Shown one piece after another: positions 31,533-39,950 of a stretch of 64,000 bases of DNA. This stretch comes from Thecamonas trahens ATCC 50062 (Eukaryota; Protista; Apusomonadida), in contig NW_013657626.1 of the NCBI RefSeq assembly GCF_000142905.1, positions 124,001 through 188,000 of the forward strand. Direction: 5' to 3'. Made by a program: the position numbers and the translations under genes. The first letter of the stretch is position 1; the number at the start of each line of letters is the position of its first letter. The notes beneath the pieces are model-generated. The model ran no database searches, had not been told where the DNA came from, and worked only from the letters and a program-made list of their open reading frames with translations.

Positions 31533-31866
31533 GTGAGGGTGCGTGAGGTGGTGAGCAGCACTCGTTGGCTTCTCTCGTTCAATGGTGGTCACCATGGACA
31601 GTCGATGTGGCGGATGTGGATCTGGTGAATGACCATGATCTGGATCATGCACCCATATCTATACCCTCATGCTTCTGTTTTTTTCCCATCCTACGGATCT
31701 GCACCCCATATCATCATCGCTACCTCCCTCCCCTCCCCTCCCCCTCCCTGTGCCGTGCTGGCCGTGCCATGGCCGACCACTCCCACAGCCTCTGCTCACA
31801 GCTACCTGCTCCGTCCCCACACCACTTCACCCCCCCCCCCCCCCCCCCACTACCCTACTCACTCGC

Positions 31867-33048
31867 ATGCTCACAGTCTCCCAGCTTGAGCGGTCCCTGC
31901 AGTCGGACGACAGGCGTGGCGCTGGCAGCCTTGTCCGACGAGCTGCGCAGGTGGCCGGGACAGCACTCCCGCCACAGACTGCTGCTGGAGGTCACCATAC
32001 GCCAGGGGGTTCGCCTGATCGCCATCTGCTCCGCTCGCGTGCGCACCATCTGGAAGGGGAAGTCGTTTTGGGAAGGGCTCACTCGCTGCGGACAGCTCGG
32101 AGCAATCGCCGCGGGAAGAGGGCTGTAGCCGCTGGCGACCGACAGGGATCGCCGACGTCTTCGTCGGGCAGGGGCTCGCCGTCGTCAGGCAGGGCCTCGT
32201 CGTCGTCGGGAAGGGGCTCGCCGCGGATGAGGCGAGCATCGATCAGAGGCAAGGCTGAACGGCGCGGATCGGGCCGCGCTGGGGAGCACGGCGTGAGGAG
32301 GAGGGCGATGACCGCGACGGCAGCAGAGGTGGCGGCGGCGGCGTCGGTTGTGGCGGACGGCGACATTACCAGTGTTGGTGAGAATGGGAAAGAGCTCAAC
32401 CGGAGCTTTGATTCAGCCGACGCGGTCAAGGCGCCGAGCTGCCACAAGCCGCCGCGGCCGCAGCTGGTTGCCCGGGCCACGCCGCCACCAGGCGTTGCGG
32501 GCGACGATCCGCTGGAGACGCTGCGGCTCTCACGCGGCATCATGTCGGCACGCGAGAGTCTCGCAGCGAAAGCGCGAATCGATGTGCCTGGCGAGGTCCC
32601 GGGCATGGCACATGTGCGCGCGTCGTCGCGCGAGAGTCACTCGCGGCTGAGCCACATGCAGAGCGAGGTCGAGGCGGCACTCAGTGCTCGGCTGCTTGCG
32701 TCGTCGCGACTGGACAGTGCGCGAGTGGCGAGCTTGGCGGCACTCACCCATCGCATCAAGCAGCCCGGGGCGCGGGCACGGGTCCGCGCGCGGCGGCAGC
32801 GCAGAGGACGACGGCAGCGGGCGCGACCGTTGTTTGCGCTCGATTCGTCGGACGACGACAACGACAGCGACGCGCATGTTACGGTGACAGCCGTCGGCGA
32901 CGACGGCAGCACCAGTGTCCGTGGCCAGCCGTTTGCCGGGCCGCGGCTCTCTCGCCGCGATGAGGCCTTCCTGGCACCTGTTCTCGCCGCACGAAAGGCC
33001 GCTTTCCACGCGCACGTCTCGTGGCTCGACAGCCAAGCCTTTAGCTAG
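31867..33048 (+). CDS. Hypothetical low-complexity basic protein; 5' structure uncertain (probable intron and/or frameshift ~32080)
   Basis: Long ORF ending at 33048. An alternative frame at ~31885-32080 (LSDELRRW...IWKGKSFWEGL) looks more protein-like. Confidence 0.45.
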   Translation: MLTVSQLERSLQSDDRRGAGSLVRRAAQVAGTALPPQTAAGGHHTPGGSPDRHLLRSRAHHLEGEVVLGRAHSLRTARSNRRGKRAVAAGDRQGSPTSSSGRGSPSSGRASSSSGRGSPRMRRASIRGKAERRGSGRAGEHGVRRRAMTATAAEVAAAASVVADGDITSVGENGKELNRSFDSADAVKAPSCHKPPRPQLVARATPPPGVAGDDPLETLRLSRGIMSARESLAAKARIDVPGEVPGMAHVRASSRESHSRLSHMQSEVEAALSARLLASSRLDSARVASLAALTHRIKQPGARARVRARRQRRGRRQRARPLFALDSSDDDNDSDAHVTVTAVGDDGSTSVRGQPFAGPRLSRRDEAFLAPVLAARKAAFHAHVSWLDSQAFS

Positions 33049-34367
33049 TTGTGACGAGGCGCTGGAAGACCTGTTGGACCGGGCGGCCCGAGGTCGGAAT
33101 GGCCCAGGCCTGATGGGTGCAGCTCGAGTCGCTGGCAGACGGCCAGGTGGCGGCGGGCGCCGACGTGCTGCCGGACCGGACGCTCTCGTCAAAGGCCAAG
33201 TGGGCGACGATGCCTGTGCCGTCGACCACCAGCAGGCGGCCGAGGGCGTCGATGTCAAAGTGCTGGATGTCGACCTTGTCGTGATACTGCAGCGTGCGGA
33301 CCGCATAGAGCTCGGTGAGAGAGGCCGCGTCAAGTACCCGGAGCAGGCCGAGCGAGTCGCGGACGACCAGTACATCCTTGAAGAGCCGCATCTGGTTGAT
33401 GTTAGCCACATCGGTGCCGTACTCGTCGGCGGGAACAGGCGCCAGCGGGCTGGAGGCAAGAGGAGTGTTGAGCTTGCGGACGTCGAACCGCTGGCTGGCA
33501 CCAGATCCACCGACAAAGATCGTGTCACCAAAGCGGACAAAGCGTCGGGCGGTGTCGAGGCCGACAGCCGTGGCGGCGACCTCGCGGGCGCGCACGTCGT
33601 AGAGCATGAGGGTTGCGTCGGCAAGAACGTTCAGACCGTGCTCAGTGCTGATATGGGCACGAACCTTGGCCCCTCCAAAGCTAAACGCCCGCACTTCCTT
33701 GCCGGTCGCCATCGAGGTGAGCCGGACCGCCGAGTCACCGTTAGAGGCGGTGAGCAGCGCGCCGTCGCACGACATGAGGCCAGTGATCGGCGCCGAGTGG
33801 CCGGCCATGCCGTATGAGTGCCAGTGGTCGGCGGCGCGGCGGCGGTAGACCAGGACCTCGCGAGTTTCGACAGAGGTGGCAACTAGCCGCCGTGTGGCCG
33901 CCTCGAGATGCGATCGCCGCAGGGTGAGGCCCTGCGGCGGCTTGATCTTGCTCCCGGTCCGCAGCACGCCCGACTTGAGGACAAGGTGGACGATCTTGGC
34001 CGGTGTCACCACCACCATCCGCTCAGGCTCAGACAGCGCCCAGATGGCATACTTTCCTTGCCCGCGCCACCCGGCATACGTTCCATACTGATGGGTGGTA
34101 GCCGAGATCTGTCCGGTTTCCACCCGATGAGCCTCGCGCCGCTTCCTTCTCCTGGCCGCGCGCCACCCGCCACGGGCCACATTCCGCCCAGCTGTGGCAT
34201 CCGCCCACGCCATGGGCCATGCACTGCGGAAGAAGACCTTGTTGGGATAGTCGTCGGCAAAGAAGTCCCGCAGTGTGGTACACGTCGCTGCCAGCGCCTC
34301 TACATCACTCATCGAGCATCTGCTGGCGATCTATGCGAAGCGGCAGAGGAAGCGAATGGAACAGCAT
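33041..34367 (-). CDS. F-box/WD40-like protein; frameshift ~34335
   Basis: MLFHSLPLPLR / IASRCSMSDVEALAATCTTLRDFFADD gives an F-box pattern. GHSAPITGL...LLTASNGDSAVRL and LMLYDVR are WD40-like. Confidence 0.68.
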
Positions 34368-35297
34368 GAGACACAGGGGGCGGGGGGGGGGGGGGGGCGG
34401 GGGGGATAGGAGGGAGTGTCGNNNNNNNNNNNNNNNNNNNNNNNNNNNNNNNNNNNNNNNNNNNNNNNNNNNNNNNNNNNNNNNNNNNNNNNNNNNNNNN
34501 NNNNNNNNNNNNNNNNNNNNNCCGAATCGACTCGCCACAACTGAACAGTACAATAATTAATATTTATAAAGCCTTTGCACGCGAATCCGAAGCGGCATAA
34601 ACTAAGAAGAAAGGAGAAAACGGCATGATCGTGGATGTGGGGTGTTCTCTGATACTTATGTCCTATAAGTGGGTAGGACAGAATAAAAGGTACAATGTCG
34701 TTGGTGGCGGGCGGTGGACGAGGACAAAGATGCACTCGTCGGCGAAAGAGAGAAGCTTGAGGCCGATCTGGGCAATGTCATTGGTAACACGGACAGCCGA
34801 GCGCAGGGCGGTATTTCGCCTGGCCTATGGCGGCCATGGCAGCGCCGAGTGCGTCGATCATGCTAGGCGGAAGCAGAGCCGGCGAGACATGGCCCGCGAC
34901 CGGAAGTACCAGCCGTTGGCCACCGTAAAGCCGACGCGTGAGATGGTGGTGAGGATCGAAGCCAGCGTGTTGGCAAGGAGCGGCTTGTGGAACGGATATA
35001 CATTGAGCTTGGCTCCCCAGAGTGTGCGCTCGGGCATCCATGATCGCTGCAGCTAGTATCCGCCGGCCCAGAGCGCTCCCTCGATGGCCTCTTGCACCTC
35101 GCGCAGCGTGTTCTGTGACGCCGTCTTCTCGTCATCGTCGCCGACCCACCACGCCCAGGTCGGCGGCGCGCTCTGTGGCCGACTATGAGTCTGTGCCACC
35201 CGCGCCTCCGTTACGGAATGGGAGGGCGGGCGGGGGGATTGGGGGGGAGAGCAAGGCTATTATGAACTTTGCTACGGTACGACGAGCATGGTCAGCT

Positions 35298-38200
35298 TCA
35301 TGCTCCGGCATCAGAGGGTGTTGGTGGTGATCCGGTGCCGCGTGTAGTTGCCCCGCTAGGCACAACACCGCGCCGTTGCAGGGCAAATGACTCCGGCCAT
35401 GCAGTGGGGAGGCTCCCGGAGAGCTTGCCGGCCGAGTCACTGGCCATCATGGCGTCCACCAGACGACTCCAAGTCGTCTGGTGGGTGGCGTCGGCGGCCT
35501 GGTACAAGTCCATGACGGCTCCGAGCGAAAACACATCGTGGACAGTCTCCATGGGTAAGCGCCGCCCATGGCCTGGGTCGACAAGCCCGGGCGCGCGCTT
35601 ACCGTCGGCCACGTGGCGGAGTGATGCCGGGTAGAGCTCGCGGATCGGCCGCGCAAGGTCAAAGTCGATGAGAAAGCCGTTGCCGTCGTTGTCAAACACC
35701 ATGTTGTTGCGGCGAATGTCCCCGTGAACCATGCCGATGCCATGGAGTGCGGCGAGACGGCGTGCGACGTCTTGAAAGTGAGACAAGGTGACCATGGAAG
35801 CGTCCGGATGCTCGTCCGACGACTCGTCCTCAATGTCGGTCTTGAAATGGGTGACGAGGACGGCAGTCGTACCAAGCAACGCGTTGATGGTGCGCTCGCA
35901 GCGGCGGACGTCAAACGGAGTCTTGACGACCAGAGCACAGGCACACAGCTCAGGTGACGCGACCCTCCATGCGTGCGCGTTGGGCATGCGCGACGTTGAT
36001 CCCAAGAACCACTTGAAGGCATAGCCGTCGACCACCGCCACGTTGGGGCCGAAACTGCGCGGTGCACGCAGCGGCTCATGCAGCCGGCGGACCATGATGG
36101 CGGTGACTTCGGACATGGCCACGGCAAAGCCGACCACGACCGTCACGTACTCGTCGAGGCTGGTGCAGGTCATGCTCGCCACATCCACCGTCAGGATGTG
36201 ATCGCTTCGGACAAGGTGTGCCGCGAGCTGGAGAGAAGGGTGGGTCGGCGATCCTCTGGCCATGTTGGCTGCGGTGGGAAACTGGCCAGAGAGCGAAAGT
36301 ACCGATGGGCCGAGCGGGAGGCCAGCCAGAGCCAGAGCCAAAGCGTGCGCGTACGCCTCTACCTGGCCGTTCTTGTGAGACACGCCTGGTTCGTACACGC
36401 CGAAGCCAAGGCTCATCTCGGTGGACCGGACGCCAAACAGCACGTCAGCGACAGCGTTCGGCAGAATCGGACGCTCGTGCCACATGCGCTTTGTGAGTCT
36501 CTCTGCAACACCTGCAGCGTCGTCAGCTGACCGGGCACCAGAAGTACTCGGGTCGTTCGAGGCACTCCGTGTGCTCCTGACCTCGCGCACACGTGCTGAC
36601 AAATTTGAATCGGGCTTGACCGCGCGCGACGAGAGCAGCTCGGCTTGGGCTTGCCACTCGTGAGCCTGGGAGAGGAGCCTGTTCTTCAGCCGCTCGCTGT
36701 ATGCGGTACCAGCCTGGGCGGCGGCAACACTCGCCTCCAGCTCTGCATCTGCGAGCCGTGCCTTGTGCTCGGCGATGGCAGCTGCACTACCCACCGCCGC
36801 ATCAAGAGCAGCGGCGTGGTCGTGGCAAAAGGCTGCAGCGCGCTCGCACCGCGATCGGATGGCATCAAGCGGCAGAGGCAACTCTGCGTTGGCAGTAGGA
36901 ACATGGGCCGAGAGCGAGGCATAGAGCTCCGCAACAAAAGCCTTTTCCAGATGGAAGGTCCGCATAGCGTCGGTGTCTAGGCCAACAAGGGGACGAGAGC
37001 TCGAGGAAAAGACAAGCGTCCAAAGGTCGTGTGCCACGGAATGCCGCACAGTCTCCATCTCGGCCCGCATGGTAAAAGCTTTGCGGAAAAGTGGAGGTGC
37101 AAGCTTGGCATCGAGGGCAGGGGCCAAGTCCAAGTCCTGCAACGCAAGACTGCCATCATCGCTGGAAGAGCTGTTCCCAGGCCAAACCACCAACTCAAGA
37201 TGGCCCGACACAACCAGAGGAAGAAGGGCAGCAGGATCCGAGACAGGTGATTCCGTCTCGGCGAAACCACCAAACATTGATCGCGAGGCAGGGCCCTTGG
37301 GTTGGACAATCCCAATGTGATCGCGAGAAGAGCTGGCAGGTGCACCATTGGCATTCCCCGTGTGCAGACTGGCGAGTTTGCGCATGTTGCTACGCAGAAA
37401 GTCGGCGTAGGCAGAGAGCGACGCAATGTCTTCCTCGGAATCGCCGCGACTCTTTCCGTGAGCAATCTTGGCCTCGGCCACTCCGACCTTGGCCTCGGCC
37501 ACGTCAACAGGATCAGCCTCGCCAGCCTCCAGCTTGGCCTTGGCCACACTCACCTTGGCCTCGGCCACACTCACCTTGGCTCCGGCCACTCCGACCTTAG
37601 CCTCGGCCACGTCAACAGGATCAGCCTCGCCGGTCTCCAGCTTGGCCTTGGCCACACTCACCTTGGCCTCGGCCACACTCACCGTGGCTCCGGCCACTCC
37701 GACCTTGGCCTCGGCCACACTCGCCTTGGCCTCGGCCACGTCAGCAGGATCAGCCTCGCCGGTCTCCAGCTTGGCCTTGGCCATATTCACCTTGGCCTCG
37801 GCCACTCCCACCGTGGCTTCGGCCACTCCGACCTTGGCCTCGGCCACACTCGCCTTGGCCTCGGCCACTCCGGCCTTAGCCTCGGCCACGTCAGCAGGAT
37901 CAACCTCGCCGGCCTCCAACTTGGCCTCGGCCACACTCACCTTGGCCTCGGCCACTCCGACCGTAGCCTCGGCAACTCCGACCTTGGCCTCGGCCACACT
38001 CGCCTTGGCCTCGGCCACTTCGGCCTTGGCCTCGGCCACGTCAACCAAATCGGCCTCGCCGGCCTCCAGCATGGCCTCGGCCACACTCACCTTGGCCTCG
38101 GCCACTCCGACCTTAGCCTCGGCAACTCCGACCTTGGCCTCGGCCACACTCGCCTTGGCCTCGGCCACTTCGGCCTTGGCCTCGGCCACGTCAACCAAAT

Positions 38201-38387
38201 CGGCCTCGCCGGCCTCCAGCATGGCCTCGGCCACACTCACCTTGGCCTCGGCCACTCCGACCTTAGCCTTGACCACTTCGACCTTGACATCGGCAGCGAC
38301 AACCTCCAACTGGGCTTTGCTAAGTTGAGCACCAGCCACCTCTTCCGATGTCACTTCACCTAAGCCATGCCCAATGCGTGCCTTCAT
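35298..38387 (-). CDS. Crinkler/CR-effector-like protein: AEAK heptad repeats + restriction-endonuclease-like segment + protein-kinase-like C-terminus
   Basis: Kinase motifs LHGIGMVHGDIRRNNMVF, LIDFDLA and DVFSLG. Upstream ADVLFGV...GFGVYEPGVSHKNGQVEAYA resembles a degenerate PD-(D/E)xK core. The start is uncertain (frame open to ~38475). Confidence 0.6.
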   Translation of the reverse strand: MKARIGHGLGEVTSEEVAGAQLSKAQLEVVAADVKVEVVKAKVGVAEAKVSVAEAMLEAGEADLVDVAEAKAEVAEAKASVAEAKVGVAEAKVGVAEAKVSVAEAMLEAGEADLVDVAEAKAEVAEAKASVAEAKVGVAEATVGVAEAKVSVAEAKLEAGEVDPADVAEAKAGVAEAKASVAEAKVGVAEATVGVAEAKVNMAKAKLETGEADPADVAEAKASVAEAKVGVAGATVSVAEAKVSVAKAKLETGEADPVDVAEAKVGVAGAKVSVAEAKVSVAKAKLEAGEADPVDVAEAKVGVAEAKIAHGKSRGDSEEDIASLSAYADFLRSNMRKLASLHTGNANGAPASSSRDHIGIVQPKGPASRSMFGGFAETESPVSDPAALLPLVVSGHLELVVWPGNSSSSDDGSLALQDLDLAPALDAKLAPPLFRKAFTMRAEMETVRHSVAHDLWTLVFSSSSRPLVGLDTDAMRTFHLEKAFVAELYASLSAHVPTANAELPLPLDAIRSRCERAAAFCHDHAAALDAAVGSAAAIAEHKARLADAELEASVAAAQAGTAYSERLKNRLLSQAHEWQAQAELLSSRAVKPDSNLSARVREVRSTRSASNDPSTSGARSADDAAGVAERLTKRMWHERPILPNAVADVLFGVRSTEMSLGFGVYEPGVSHKNGQVEAYAHALALALAGLPLGPSVLSLSGQFPTAANMARGSPTHPSLQLAAHLVRSDHILTVDVASMTCTSLDEYVTVVVGFAVAMSEVTAIMVRRLHEPLRAPRSFGPNVAVVDGYAFKWFLGSTSRMPNAHAWRVASPELCACALVVKTPFDVRRCERTINALLGTTAVLVTHFKTDIEDESSDEHPDASMVTLSHFQDVARRLAALHGIGMVHGDIRRNNMVFDNDGNGFLIDFDLARPIRELYPASLRHVADGKRAPGLVDPGHGRRLPMETVHDVFSLGAVMDLYQAADATHQTTWSRLVDAMMASDSAGKLSGSLPTAWPESFALQRRGVVPSGATTRGTGSPPTPSDAGA
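37468..38290 (-). repeat. Coding minisatellite of 21-bp units (AEAKVGV/AEAKASV/AEAKVSV) interspersed with LEAGEADxxDV spacers
   Basis: CCTTGGCCTCGGCCAC recurs about every 21 bp on the + strand, with near-identical higher-order blocks. Confidence 0.95.
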
Positions 38388-38522
38388 CCACCTCTGCACT
38401 GCAGCTGTTAATGCAGCCTTCGTCTCCTCTCTGATCTCGACATTGTCGTCCGCACAAGTGAGTGACCGAGGCCTTTACGACCTTTTTTCTGACAGCCCTT
38501 CCTGTTCCCCCCTCCCCAACTC

Positions 38523-38885
38523 ATGACCTGGAGCAGCGCGTCCATGCCCCCACAACCACTCAAAGCCATCACGTACAACATGGTGTCCATAACATTTACC
38601 ACGCTCATGGCGTGACCAATGGTCAGAGACGAGTTATGGTGCCTCCAGCACCTATGCCCAGCCGGTTGGCGCTTGCCGGCCGCTGTCCATTGGCTCGATC
38701 GCGCAGCCGAGTTTGTCATCGACTATGGTCTGGAACTTCTGGTCTACTTGGAGTGTATGAGCAACGCCATCGAGTCGATCTGTGCCACATTGCCTGGGCG
38801 TTTCTTTGTCATCGACGGTGGTGTCATTACCTTTGTTTCGCAGCCGCGGGGCGCCGGCGCTGGCCGGAGTTCTGGACATCCTTAG
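38523..38885 (+). pseudogene. Possible decayed endonuclease/exonuclease/phosphatase (EEP)-like fragment
   Basis: PLKAITYNMVSITFTTLMA*...AEFVIDYGLELLVYLEC resembles the EEP N-terminal TYN...D.I.LQE pattern, with an internal stop. Confidence 0.25.
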
Positions 38886-39371
38886 CCCACTGTTCGGGAG
38901 GCAACAGCCTAGTCATCCGTTTGGATTGCGGTCATTTAGCACAGGGAATGGATAAGGGCTGAGGTAGATGAAGGGGGTGTGGTACACCCTTGAGCTTGGT
39001 CGTCTCGTTGCCCCCGATCTGGTGGCCTCGTCTGCACACGGCAGAGGTTCCAGTCGCTCACATGGGCATGGTCATTCGAATCTGATGGGGAGCAAGGGGG
39101 TTGCTCCGGAATCAAGTGCAGTGACTAGGCATACCACAACCACACCACCGGCTTGCTGACTACAGCCAGAGCGCTTGCAGTGGAGGGAAGGGGGTGGGGT
39201 GGGATGCCAGGGGCAGAGGTCCGGATGCGGCGCTGATCGGGAGCGCGAGCAGCAGCACGGCCACCGGAGCCTGTCGGGAGCAGATCTGCGGAGAGTAAGC
39301 GGCAAGCGTGGGGCAAGTGCGTGGCGAGCAGAAGGGGAGCAGGCGACAAGCAGACGAGTGAGTGGGAAGCT

Positions 39372-39653
39372 CTACTTGGAGGAGGCGTTGTTGACGGCGG
39401 GATTGTTGACGGCAGCAGCAGCAGCAGCAGCAGCAGCGGCAGCAGCAGCCGAGCTCTCAGCATGGACTTCGGGCACAAGAGCAAAGGTGTGTGCGAGGGC
39501 ATCGACTTTGAGCTTGCCGGCTAGAACAGCCTCGATGGACTCGTTGAGGTTGCGGACAGTGTCGGCCAGGCCGCCTGTGGCCGACGCCAGCTTGGAGAGG
39601 GCAGCCACCGTGGACCCGGGCACCTGAACCACCTGTTCAGATGCTTGTGACAT
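39372..39653 (-). CDS. Small coiled-coil protein (93 aa), possibly DASH/Dam1 Dad1/Dad4-like
   Basis: ATG follows a CA-rich leader. The amphipathic helix LSKLASATGGLADTVRNLNESIEAVLAGKLKVDALAHTF is followed by a poly-Ala tail. Confidence 0.5.
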   Translation of the reverse strand: MSQASEQVVQVPGSTVAALSKLASATGGLADTVRNLNESIEAVLAGKLKVDALAHTFALVPEVHAESSAAAAAAAAAAAAAVNNPAVNNASSK

Positions 39654-39950
39654 GGCTCTATGTGTATGTATGTGTGAGTGTGTGAGAGTGTGGTGGCGGT
39701 TGTGGTGGCGGTTGGCTGTGGTTGAGGAGGAGGGGGGAGGGGGGGAGGGGGGAGGGGGGGAGGGGGGGGGGGTGTCGCTGCTACCGACACAATTTTTTCA
39801 CCGCTCCATCTCCTCACCCCCCATATACACCTGCCGTTTCCCCCCGTTTCCCTGTTGGCGCGCAACTTGCCGACTCGGCCAGCTACCGGTGGCAGCGGCA
39901 GCGGCAGCGGCAAAGGCGGGAAAGCAACTGCACTTGACCACAGCTTGGGC

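Noticed and set aside
34530-34700. AT-rich patch with a small hairpin (TGTCCTA...TAGGACA) as a possible ncRNA or terminator
   Set aside because: It is adjacent to an assembly gap where base quality is doubtful, and it has no recognisable tRNA, snRNA or snoRNA motifs.
37468-38290. Regular repeat array superficially like a CRISPR
   Set aside because: There are no unique spacers, the unit length is a multiple of 3 within an ORF, the context is eukaryotic and no cas genes are present.
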